DNA of 64,000 nucleotides, taken from Tubiluchus corallicola (taxonomy: Eukaryota > Animalia > Priapulida). The notes under the pieces are model-generated. The model was not told where the DNA came from. It was given only the letters and a program-made list of their open reading frames with translations, and searched no databases. Shown piece after piece: positions 51,531 through 64,000 of this stretch. Position 1 is the stretch's first letter. Every line of letters starts with the position of its first letter. Made by a program: the position numbers and the translations under genes. The stretch lies in the NCBI GenBank assembly GCA_030141605.1, contig JAQGDQ010000589.1, forward strand, positions 1 to 64,000, read 5' to 3'.

Positions 51531-53045
51531 GTAAGATAAAGCGACATGCTGAGTGATTTACTAATCAATTTAGTTGACCATTAAACCCTAAGGAAAGGTC
51601 AATACGCAAAGATTACTAAAATTGAAGTTTGATTTTAACTTTAATCATCAACATGCATAAACTTTACAGTGTAAATTCGCAAGAGGCCTAGGAGCAGTCA
51701 ATAGCTGGTTATTAATTTAATTCATTTGTTAATATCTGAATACTAAAAATTGTAGAGTATAATAAGATATAATAATAATAAATATAATAAGATAGAAAGA
51801 GAGAGTAAAAAAACGACTGCCCAAGAACAAGAAACCGGCACATTTGGTAGTGCCAGTTTAATTAAAGAAAGTGAAAAAATAGCAATAAACTGACATACAT
51901 GAATTGCCTGAGCTGCTAACCTGTGAGTGGCGTTTACAGAATTTCGCGTTTTTGGTTTCATATAATTAAAAAACTGGATGCGCTTTCAGTGTTCTCAAAG
52001 CGAGATTTAGATGCTTGTATCATACTGATGGTGTGGTTATGTATATGTTTAATAGCAGAGAATGTATTTATCTTGGTACACAATGCTGGTAGGCAAATCA
52101 ATGTACCATTCCCTGGCGGACTTCAAATGCTTGATGTAAAAGAAAATGAGAAGCTGCTGTTGTAATCTTTTGTAATTATTCCCGTTGACGATCGTTTTGT
52201 ATTACATTGCATTGGTGAGAAAAAAGAAAACTGACAAAATTAACGTCTGTTTGCTTTGAGACGATACACTTTTCTAACCTCACTGTTCCAAACATATTGC
52301 CGTAACAAATTATATGTGACGAGAGATAACCTTTTCCAGTGAGCCAAGTTTTTCCAAACTAGAAAGCAGTGTCTTGCCAGAAACTGAGTAGGAGTTAGTT
52401 AGAGCGTTCACTGAGTGACTGCCAGAAAGTTACTGTCCCTCGCTGCCTTTTTTTAACAGCAAAAACTTTTCATAGAACAAAGGAGCTATCTTAGCTAGGT
52501 GACCCTAATGAGGTACCACTTGGTACAAGCAATTACTATGTCCTAGTGGTGCTACTTCGTACAATATAAGAAGCAGGAAATACTTTAAAAAATTGAGAAA
52601 TCAATAAACCTATAAGAAAGCAATTAAAAGCCATATTGAGAATGAAGGTAGTGAAGTACGTGACTTTTTAGTTGATAAAGATTTAAGCAAAATACAACAA
52701 ATAAAGGCATTCTAGCAGATTAAATTGTTTTCCTAACAAGTTTTTACTATTAATAAAAGATCGGCGATAAAAAACAACTAAGCAACATTAAGGTATTTAA
52801 CCAGTTTGTTAATGTAATAATATTGAACAAGTCATAGAGCACGTTTTTAAAAATAAATAAGCCACAGTAATTACATGAAAAATAGTGTGGTTATTTTGGT
52901 AGAATTAAGAAATTGACATGGAGTTGAAATTCTCTTGGCATCCCTCAATATTCTGAACACAGAAAGTCTAATATTGCGTTGTCTCATTCTAAGTCTCATG
53001 CCTGCAAAAATTTTAAATATCCAGCTATGAACACTTTGATTAGTT

Positions 53046-56000
53046 CATAGACATAGACATAGACATTTTTATTTATCTCCTCATTTACACCATAGTATAC
53101 AAATTCACTATTATTTTTATAGTTATTGAATAAAAAGGATAAATTAAACATAAAGGATAGAGTTAGGGGGAGCAGGAGAAAGGGTAGCGAATGACCAATT
53201 GGTCATCGAGTCAGCTACCCTTCTCAGGTTAGTGTAGATTTTAAAAAAATTTGTAGTGCTGCTGTTTAGATGAATTTGTGGGGGAATACATTAAACATGA
53301 AAGCGAAATAACTAAATAAACTACGCAACAAAGAAATAAAATGAAAAATATGAAATGATGATTAACAAAATGTAGAGCATTTAACTAATTGATTAAAACA
53401 TAAAAACTAGAAACAAGTCAAACCAAAAAAAAACAAAAAAAAACATGAATAATAAATCAGTGAATGAAGCAAAATATACATGATAAACTCAAACAAAATA
53501 TAATGAAACAAAGATATGTAACCGTATCAAATTATGTTAAGCGTAATGATAAAATACTATGAAATGCAAGAGCTAGTGCAAAAAAGTGGGGCAAACAAAA
53601 TATGTAGTGAAATTTGAGTATGTGTCATTTGAGTATGAAACATTGAGTTTGAAACAATAAATGAATAAGTTGAGTATGAAACAATGAGCAAAATAATCAT
53701 AATAAAGTCGATATATATGAAGTGAGAAGAGCATAATATTGAAGTAAAAACATAAGTGGAACAGGCAAAATTATAAGAAATTATGTATGAGAACAAGTGT
53801 TGTAGTTGCTGGATTTGTTTGAAGATTATTGTTCACCTTCCCTTTTCATAGCTGCGAAGAAATAATAACAATTTTACACTTTGATGAGAAAAAGTACTAT
53901 GATAATATAATTATAGTTAATAGATTAGCTCAAGGGGAATACATTAACACTAACAGAGAAGATTTATCAGATTTGATCTTAGCAGAAAAGTCACTCGTAG
54001 TAGTTAGAAATAAGAAAGGATTTATAGTTAATTATCAAATAACTAAAGGTGCCATTTTTTAGTTCATTAGACAGGCTGTTCCACAACAAAGCACCTTGAT
54101 AAGATAGAGATCTTTGCCCTTTGTTAGTATTAAATCTTTGTACATAGAAAGTTTGGTTAGTGGCAAATCGTGTATGATACTCGTGCACCTGGGCTACGGA
54201 TGTGAAGTAATTCAGAAAAATTTCAGGAAGCATATTATGATTAAACCTATATAAAAATTTGGCCATCTCTAATTTATATATATCCTTGAAGTTTTAAGAT
54301 TTTATGCTGGTGGTATAATGGTGTAACATGGGCTCTTCTATTTGTATTTGTCCAAAGCTTTATAAATTTATTTTGATTAGTAATTAGGGGATACAATGTG
54401 GAATGGGGTGCTGAGCCATAGGTAAGTATGCTGTATTCTAAATACGGTGAAAATAGGGACGAATATAGAAGTTTTTTCGAATCATAATTCAGGAAATGCC
54501 TAATTTTTGAAAAAATACCTAAAATTTTACTGGTTTTGTTAACAATATGTTGTATATGTGCTTTCCATGAAAGATTGTGATCTATTAATACTCCTAGATA
54601 TTTTATTTGATGTACAGATTGTATCCTGGTATTTCCCATTGTCAAATTTAATGTTACATTTTTTACTTTTCTGGGATTACCAATTATCGTATATTTAGTT
54701 TTGGAATAGTTTATAGAAAGCCGGTTGGCTCTCATCCTTTGCTACCTTTGCTAGTTCAACATTAAGAAATTCTTCTAGGTGACTTATTTTAGTATCAGAA
54801 CTGAAAAAGTTAGTATAATCAGCAAAAAGTCTAGTATGTAATTGGGTATTTGAAGGGAGATCATTTATGTAGAGTAAGAAAAAAAGGGGACCAAGAGTTG
54901 AGGCTTGAGGAACACCACACTGCACATTTACCAGATCTGAGTTTTTATTTGCGATAGATGTATATTGTTTTCTATTGTGTAAATATGACTGCATCAATTG
55001 AAGAGGCAGGCCTCTGATACCATAGTGTTCAAGTTTGGCTAGTAAAATATCATGTTGTACCGTATCAAAGGCCTTAGATAAATCTAAAAATATGGCACAG
55101 GTGTACTTATTGTGATCCATATTTAGTAACAGATTGTCTATAAGTTCAGCAATAGCTAAGGCTGTGCAGTATCTTTTGCGAAATCCAAACTGAAATCTAG
55201 AGAGAATTTTGTTATGGTTTATAAATTTAATTAGTCTGTCATAAAGCAATTTTTCAAAAATTTTGGAGATAGGTGAAAGTAAAGATATTGGCCTATAGTT
55301 AGTGGGGTTATCAGGGGAGTCACCTTTATAAATAGGAATAATTTTAGCTATCTTTAAACAGTTTGGGAATGTTCCTTCAGTAATAGCCTTGTTAAACAAT
55401 TTGGTTAGAACAGTGGAAATGTGGAGACCAGCTGATTTGTAAAAAGGTATAGGGATATTTTCATGACCGGAGGCTTTATTCTGATTTAAATTATTTATTG
55501 CTGTATTTACTTCAGCTTCAATAATAGGTGTTAAGAAAAACGAGTTTGGCAAAGGACGTCCTAGAAAAGACTGAAATGACAGTTGTGTGGGTTGTATTTT
55601 AGATGCCATAGAAGGACCAATGGAAGCGAAAAAAGTATTCATGACTTGACAGATATCAGTTACATCACTTGAGAGAATGCCATCTTTGTATACCTTTTTT
55701 GGTGTTATGCGTTGTTGCAATTTAGCATTTGTTAAACTATTTATGGTCGACCAAAGTTTCTTTGTGTTATTTTTGTTATTTTGCAAGGTTTCTTGATAGT
55801 ACCTTTTTTTTGCTAAATATTTTATATGGTTGAGTTTGTTCGAATAAACTTTGTATTTATTTCTATTATAAACATTGTTAGAGTTTTTAAATGTATTAAA
55901 CAGTTGGCTTCTAGTTTTAATAGATTTCAGTATGCCTGGTGTTATCCATGGCTTGTGAAAAGTTACCACTTCACGTCTTGATAGAGTTTTTAGAGGCACA

Positions 56001-57068
56001 TGAGTATTGAGAACTAGATTGAATGTTTGAAAAAACTGATCAAAGGCCTCATTAGTAGATAAGTAAGAATAATCAATAGAATTATCCTGTGCGTGCAGTT
56101 CATTTAAAAAGGCAGAGGAATTAAAGTTAGTTTTATCTCTAATTGTAATTTTAGTTTTCTGTTTAGTCAGATTAGCATTTTTGACAATTGCAAAAATAGG
56201 CAAGTGGTCCTATACTTCATAAGTTATTATACCCGATACAATAGGATTAATCAGATCATTAGTATAGATATGGTCTATTAGGGTACTAGAGTTTTTTGAT
56301 ATTCTTGCTGGCCTTGTAATTAGAGGTACAAATTGAGTAGAAAATAATACGTTTAAGTAATTAGAAATATATGGTATGCTCTCGAACTGTAATAAATTTA
56401 AATTAATGTGTAAATATGTAAGCAATACTACCAGATTGATGAATAGCAGTTAATACACGGTCCATTTCCTCTATAAAATGTGTAACAGGTGTATTTGGAT
56501 GTCTATATATAAGGCCAAATAATATACTCTTTGAATTGTTTAATGTTGATACGCCGATCCAGAGATCTTCTAAATTAATTTTTGAGGTTTCAGTTAATAC
56601 TTTGCCCTGCCTGTTTATTTTGGTTGTTTCTTTTTCAGTCACTATTTTATATGAATTATTTATAGAGTAGTTTAAATTATCTCTAATATAGACACCGATG
56701 CCACCAGCATTGGATTTAGAATTAATACTCAGAAAAACGTAGTTGTTCAAGTTGCACATAAATGATGAATTATCTTTTAACCTAGTCTCAGAGACGGCGA
56801 TGATTTCGGGCGGTTGAGGAAAAGTACTGAGGACGTCAGTCATGTTACCAAAATGTTTTTGCAAGCTACTTACATTAAAGTGAACTATTAGTAAATCCGA
56901 AGTATTTTTGTTATAATTAGAAGTTGATTTGAGAGTATTTAGATTAACATACTTACTATCGTAGTTGTTCCCATAATTATCTGGGTCATTTGGATCCCAC
57001 CTGTTAGTTGATAGCGATAGTTCAGCAATTGAATTGCCTAGTTTGCCACAAAGCTTTGTTAAATACAA
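53046..57068 (-). mobile_element. L2/CR1-group LINE (ORF2 EN plus RT, long 3' UTR, stem-loop, (TGTCTA)n tail), antisense within the sulfotransferase intron
   Basis: HFNVSSL, IAVSETRL, IYRHP, TLIDHIYTN, YRPISLL, QFGFRK, FLDLSKAFDTV, PQASTLGP, FADY; several frameshifts; hairpin at 53177-53224; tail at 53046-53065. Confidence 0.93.
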
Positions 57069-58214
57069 TCACAAAGTTATATGCTGCAGGTGGAAATGTT
57101 GTGTAGTGTCCTCACAATATTAGAAAACAGTTGTATTATTTTTAAAAGCCAAATCCACTTTTCCTCTTAACTGATATATGACCATTCTCCGATATATGAC
57201 CATACGGAAAACCAATTTTGTTAAAAATAAATAAGTCATATTTCCTCGCATTACTACAACACACTCTAACCACATTGTCTGATCCTGGCTCTGGCAATGT
57301 AGAGAGAATAAAATCCATTCAAATTCTAAAAATTTTCTCTCCATTGAACAACATTGAAACTACAACAACAGCAGATATGAGGATTCTATTGTCACACTGA
57401 TAAATCAAAATTTGATTGCTTCATATAAATTGCACTAACCAGTCTGAACTATTGATCAGAGACCAATAATCAGCACCATATTCAGTGAGGTCAGTATCAT
57501 CAATAACCCTTTTTCATCTCCTCGACCACATTGCAGACTGCTGAATCTGCTTGGCCAGACAAATCCTTTCAGCAGCCATCTGCTATGTGTGAACTAACTG
57601 GATTTGTTCGCCTGGGTCTTACTTTCGACAACACATGGATTACTTGGGTGGGATACATTGCTGATTTGAAGGGTCTTACTAACGACACAGATTCATTCCT
57701 TAGGCTGGTGTCCACGATCACCTAGGAGGCCAAGCACTAAACAGTAAAGTAAAGTTATTTCATGTTTACTTACCTCAGAATTATGTTTATAGTTTCCTAG
57801 CTGCCGACTAAGGACCAATATCTTAAGAAGCTTTTGGTAATTTTATGACATCATCGAATTATTACTTCTTTTTCAATATTTCATTTTTCATTTTTCTTTT
57901 TTAATTCAATTACTGTAGACTATTTAGGATAGATCTCAAGGATAGTTCTTACAAATACTGACAACTACTATTACTATTATCATGATATTATGAGAGAAGG
58001 TTGGATGCTCGATGACCATGTTGTCATTTTCCACCTTGTCTCTCTTAGACTTGTTATTGTGTACTAACACTTTGTTTTCTCATAACAAAGATATGTAATT
58101 CGTTTCAAATTCAAATTCTAAATTCAGTTTAATGTTTATTCACAAATAAATAATTGAAATTCAGTCAAAGAAGGGAAGCTGAACTTGTCGTACTAAACGA
58201 ATTTTTTTTTTCAG

Positions 58215-59101
58215 AAGGTGCTTTCTCAGTTTCTCGGCAGACGGTGCTAGTGGAATCGGAAAATTTTAATGGACGGCGAAAAAAGCTGATAAGGGACACG
58301 TGTGAGAAGCTCAAAGCAGATACATTTAATGGTGATATTGCAAACATAATGGATGTAAAACGCTGGCTCGAAGAAACTTATGTAGTGCATAATTACAATT
58401 TACTGTACTGTGCAATACCAAAGGTGGCGAGTACAACGTGGAAAAGTATATTGATGGAGTTAGAATTAAACAGCAGCAAAATTGTAAATGTACCGCATGT
58501 TTCAAACATCCATGCCGAAACATATTCCTTAATATTTCGCAGAATCTTTAGAGAAAAGAGACGACACGAGGTACTAGAAACTTACAAGAAGTTCCTGTTT
58601 GTCAGGGAACCACTGGGAAGACTTTTGTCAGCTTACAAAAGTAAAATAGAGTCTGGAAGCAGGTTTTTCGTCAAACCAATCTACTATTTCTTCCATAAGA
58701 ATTTTACGAATGTCACCATATCCTTGTCAAACTGGACTCCCACTTTCGAGCAATTTCTAATGTACATTGTACAAACTAAATTTTCAGAATTGAATGAACA
58801 CTGGGCGAGATATGTGGATTTGTGTAATGTATGTTACATAAAGTATGATTTTATAGGAAAGTTTGAGAAGTTAGAGAAAGAAGCAACTAACTTTTTAAAA
58901 CCCATTTTAACACCAAAACATTTAAACTCTGCTGCCAAAAAGATACGAAGAAACGACGTTTTACTGCATTCAAGTGACGATTTAGTTAAGTACTACAAAA
59001 ATATATCTTTGGAACAGGGACGTATGATACATCAAAAATATTATTTGGACTTCGCCATGTTCAATTATAGTTTTAGGGAGGATTTATTTCGAAAACCCTG
59101 A
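58215..59101 (+). CDS. Carbohydrate sulfotransferase (Sulfotransfer_2; CHST8-14/HNK-1ST family), coding exon 2 with the whole catalytic domain
   Basis: Poly-T plus CAG acceptor ending 58214; 5'-PSB LLYCAIPKVASTTWK, 3'-PB KFLFVREPLGRLLSAY, NEHW..LC..C.IKYDFIGKFE, YYLDFAMFNY. Confidence 0.93.
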
Positions 59102-59194
59102 TTATAGTCACATATGGAAAAGGCATAAGGAAATTTGGGATTGGGATTACAACAAACTTAAGAAGAGTTTGTAACGTCTTTTTCATTTTCCCAC

Positions 59195-60204
59195 ATAAAT
59201 AGACTCGTGCAGTAGCTTGTGTCATGTGAGTGTGGTGTTTGTTCAGGTAGTCTGTCAGTTGGTTGGCCATCTCAGTTGCAGAGTTTGGAAAGAAAACACG
59301 AACTCCAATCATTTTTGGCCCTTCCATGCTGTGCATATCTCAACATGTATTCTACCTTTGTGGAAGTAAAATAACATTAGCATTAAAAAGATCTTTTCTA
59401 TGGCCTGTAAACGATAATAGCCATTAGTCAAGGTTAGTAAGTACTGCGGGAGGGCCAGTTTAATCGCTTGTAATGATAGCTGTAGGAAGCCAGCGTATAC
59501 CAATGTCTACTACTAGTCTCGCAGGTATGGAAAAGAGGTCAGCAACTTTACTCCAGGTACGGCACGTAGACTGATATGACGTGCAAGTAGTATTGTCCAC
59601 GTAGTCAGTTATATCGTATGGTGACTTTGTCCATGAGGTCTGAAACCATGAGTGGGCAGATGTTTTTGGTGGTAGAGATTTCCACAAAGTTTGGTGATAA
59701 TTAAGACTTTGTCTCATTGCTGTAATCGTATTGTTTGGAAGTGCTATTGGCGTGACAAACCGTTGAGAGGCAGATCCATGTTTGAGGTGACGAGGCACCC
59801 ACAGTACGGTAACAACCCAGAGACTGTAAGTTGCACGATTTAGTATTTGCTTATCTGATGCTAGCAGTTGCATGGAAGCTGGACTTAGCCTCCCTGCTGT
59901 TCAAGGAATTGGTGGCGACATTAATGTACACTGAGCTGCAACCTCATCATAGAGGTGACATTAAGAGACACTGAGCTGCAACCCCATCATAGAGGCGTCC
60001 TACGATACACTTAGTTGGCCTACTCAACCTCGATTGTGTATTTCCTAAGTGAGATAATCCCGGTTGATCATCCTAGCGCTAGCGAGGACAACATCACACA
60101 GGGTGGCGTGCAGTTAGGCAAATAGGTACCGCTTATTATTTAGGTTTAGCTGTTGTGCATTATTTGCCAATTTATTTGTTAGTTTATCAACTTGATACTG
60201 TAAG
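59195..60204 (-). repeat. Left arm of a roughly 1-kb inverted repeat; degenerate RTE-like endonuclease sequence
   Basis: Reverse complement aligns with 63004-64000; residual motifs LHVISVYVP, FNANV and GQK*LEF. Confidence 0.85.
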
Positions 60205-62189
60205 TAGATGCTGTAATATTTAGCACATTCAACCTGTTGCAGCTATAATATTGTATATAGCGTTCGATATAATGACACTCTTTAACCTGAATAGTTCTTT
60301 AATATAGGTATCGAACACCAATACTATCGAATATATACATAATACATAATATATATACATAATACACACACACTCACACACACACACACACACACACATA
60401 CGTACATATATATATATGTACACACATATATCACAGAACGCTATGCTGGTGAGTTATTTTAAGATTGGGTCCGGGTTTTCCTTTATAGCATTCAAGTTGT
60501 TACATGCATTTAGCCATCCGTTAGTTAGACAGGCACTAGCGCCAGCATCACTGTAAAGCGTTGAACCCCCAAAAAATGCTTTACATCTCAGTTCAGTGGT
60601 GTTTCTTGTGACGTACTACACACGTTCAACAGCTCATGCGTGAGCACGGCGATAAACTAGAAATGTGAATTTTAAATAAAAATCTGTCGGGCTTTTGTAC
60701 ATAACACTGAAATTGTTGAATGGACACATTGTATTCTAAAGGGGCTGCTAGTCTTACTGTCACTTTTCAATACTCGACAAGTCTCTAAACTGAACACAAC
60801 GCATATAGTTTACATCAAACATCGGAGATGATATCCTTATAGTTAACACACCACAAAAACTTACAAAGCAATTATAAACGTAAATTCTTCCAGCCAAATC
60901 CACACGGTCTTCCGTGAGTACAATAAACGCCAACATACGACTCAGCAAATTGATTCATTTTCACGAGCTGAATGTTCAGAACAACAACATTAAGTTGCCC
61001 TGACGATACAACTTTCAATAGCAGCGAAATTTTGAGCTCGCATTGTGTTAAAGTTAAAGTTTGATTTTGGAAGGTATTACTAGAAAATGACAGTTAATTC
61101 AATGGAAATTGATTTTCATCACTAACGTGCTAGCTTACAGTTTAAACAAATGTATAAATCTTACTTTTAAATAGAGGGACCAAATAGTTTCGGTAATGAT
61201 AAGGTGAACAAAATACAGATTGGTGTCATTGTAATAATGCAGCTCATTAAACACCAGAACATATTACATTTTGACTGTGATTTGGTAGACCACCAATTTC
61301 GAATTAATTTAAGACAAGTTCTGTCTTCAGCCGAAATAAGCAATGTTAAAAGAGATAAAGATGTATTTCAGGCATATGTGAATATTGTTAGTGTTAGTGT
61401 TCTGACGTCATCCATTATACTCCTTATAACTAATAACCTTATAACTCTAATTTAAGCTGCTGCTGGCTTTGCGTTAGGTAAATGGTAGGTAGAATGTTCG
61501 TGCATTGTTGATTATAAGTGTATTGATAAGTCGTCTCATTGGGGGCTTATTTTTCGAATCGGGCCCACCGAGACGAACGGGGAGGGGGAGAAAAACCTCC
61601 AAAAACGCCCTTTTGACCATTTTTGCGAAAAATTGCAAAATTTATACTTCTTATTTCTAGAAAACGCGAACGTGCCAGGAGCAGTGCCGGTAATGGTTGA
61701 ACAGCCCATTCAATGGTGGGTGCTACAGTCATACTTGAATTCACGCGAGGGCCACTAATATCCGTTACTGGCATTTTCCGGGACGCATACAACCACATTT
61801 TGTCGTAAACTGCACAAGCAGCCTACAGAAAAGCTTGATTTCTGCAACTATTTGAGCGTGTTGAGAAAAAATAAACACACTCGCAGAAGAAGACGAAACG
61901 GTCCATTAAATGCTGGAGGTTTTGATAGGATAGAGGTCAACTATATGAAACTGATAGGGCGTATTTCAAAGTTCTTTTTCAAACCCCCCCTAAGCTGCAC
62001 GCTATTTGGAATATCCATTGTCTCTGAGTTTGGGAAATTTCGCGGCTGTTCCAGGCATTGTTGTCACCCGCCGTTCTACAGTGATTTAGATTTTATACGT
62101 AAATAAGTTGTGTTAGCCTATTTGGTGCTGGTGCTGTAGGTGTCACCATCGCTCGCGTCATCATCATCGCCATCAACATCATGATCACT

Positions 62190-62540
62190 GTGTGATGTGG
62201 TGGGGTTGTGTGGCATGGTTGTGGTAGTGTGCTGTGGGTGTTGTGCTGTAAATGGCATGATGGGGTGGTAGGGTGCGCATGGGGTTGGTGGAGTGGTGTG
62301 GGTGGTCTGGTGGGTGTGGTTTAGTGTAGTGCGAGTGACTTGGTGTTGATGACGTGGTGTGGAAGGTGTTGGTGTAGTGTGGGTGGTGTGGTGTTGTGTT
62401 GTGGTATGGTGCAGTGTGGTGTGGTGTGGATGATGTGGACAGTGTGCTGTGAGGGAGTGTTGTGTTGGTGTGGTGTGGTGTGATGTGATGTGTGGGTGGT
62501 GTTGTGGCATGGTGTGGTGTTGCAGGTCGGTGTGGTGAGA
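62190..62540. repeat. Degenerate GTG/GTGTG low-complexity tract
   Basis: Direct observation; source of the His/Thr/Pro-rich ORF 62118-62510. Confidence 0.85.
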
Positions 62541-63003
62541 TTTGGGTTGCAGTTGTGAGTTTTTACTACGAATGCTCTGATTATTTATTCCGCGTTACTG
62601 CCACAACCTCTGTATGAAAAAAAGGCAGATGCAAGTGGTATAAAATGTCAAGCTGGATTTTTCAAGCTATAAAATGGAGCGGTATAGGTGGAGGGTTTTC
62701 TTGTACTTAAATGGAATACAGCATGAGTGTTACATAATTCGTGTGCTAGTTAAAAGTTTTGTTCAGATGTGGTGTAATCTGTTGCACTCATTGTGATAAT
62801 GCAAACGACTAAGCGTTGGCAACTAATACATAAACATTCAATTGCATTAATATTGTAGAAATAATTATTAAGCAACATCAACAAAAAATGTATGTAAAAA
62901 ACACTATCATTAGTCAAACACTAATTTAACTACTTTAAAATGAGCTAAATATGGTTACCTTTTACCATGTTTCCAAAATAAACAAAACACTTTAAGCCAG
63001 AGG

Positions 63004-64000
63004 CTTACTGTCTCAAGTCGATCAACTAACAAATAAATTGCCAAATAATGCACCACAGCTAAACCTAACTAAAAAGGGGTACCTATTTGTCTAGCTTACA
63101 TGCCACCCCAAATGATGTAGTCCTCGCTAGCGTTATGATGATCAACCGGCATTATCTCACTTAGAAAGTACACAATGGAGGTTGCGTAGACCTACTAAGT
63201 TTACCGTAGGGCGCCTCTATGATGAGGTTGCTACTCAGTGTCATCTTAATGTCATCACCAATTTCTTGAACAGCAAGGAGGTTAAGTTCAGCTTCCACGC
63301 AACTGCTAGCATCAGATAAGCAAATACTGAATCGTGCAAATTACAGTCTCTGGGTTGTTACCGTACTGGGGGGGTGCCTTGTCACTTCAAACATGGATCA
63401 GCCTCTCAAAGGTTTGTCGGTAAGCCCATAGCACTTCCCAACAATACGATCACAGCAATAAGACAAAGTCTTAATCGTCACCAAACTTTGTGGAAATGTC
63501 TCTCATCAAAAACATCTGCCCCCTCAAGTTGTCCAATAATTTCAGATCTCATGGACAAAGTCACCATACGTTATAACTGACTACGTGGACAATACTACTT
63601 GCACGTCATATCAGTCTACGTGCCGTACCTGGAGTAAAGTTGCTGACCTCTTTTTGATACCTGCCAGAGTAGTAGGCATAGGTATACGCTGGCTTCCTAC
63701 AGCTATCATTACAAGCGATTAAACTGGCCCTCCCTTAAACAGTACTTACTAACCTTCGCTAATGGCCATTATCGTTTACAGGCTATAGAAAAGATCTTTT
63801 TAATGCTAATGTTATTTTACTTCCACATTTGAAGGAAAGGTAGAATACATATTGAGATATGCACAGCACAGAAGGGCCAAAAATGATTGGGGTTTGTGTT
63901 TTCTTTCCAAACTCTGCAACTGGGCTGACCAACCAACTGACAGACTAACTGAACAAACACCACACTCACATGACATAAGCTACTACACCAGTCTATTTAT
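63004..64000 (+). repeat. Right arm of the inverted repeat (runs off the window)
   Basis: Matches the reverse complement of 60204-59195 up to the last base. Confidence 0.9.

Overview
AT-rich eukaryotic DNA, most likely an invertebrate animal (GT-AG introns, type II Golgi membrane proteins, LINE/LTR/Kolobok debris, micro- and minisatellites); the species cannot be named from sequence. Every recognisable host gene in the 64 kb is a Golgi-type glycan-modifying enzyme, and they come from six different families: a GT31 beta-1,3-glycosyltransferase (first exon only), an uncharacterised GT-A-fold enzyme plus a recently pseudogenised paralog, a GT77/Nucleotid_trans enzyme, a GT11 alpha-1,2-fucosyltransferase, a divergent GT8 GXYLT-like enzyme and a two-exon CHST8-14/HNK-1ST-type sulfotransferase. 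Four of them form two tight head-to-head pairs. This looks like a non-paralogous glycan biosynthetic gene cluster. The space between genes is filled with decayed LINEs (I/Jockey-like, L2/CR1-like, RTE-like), BEL/Pao and Gmr1-like LTR remnants, a solo LTR, a KolX/SWIM remnant, tandem repeats (32, 17/18 and 63 bp) and a repeated non-coding module rich in homeodomain-type sites. All family calls come from motif recognition by eye, not from database searches.
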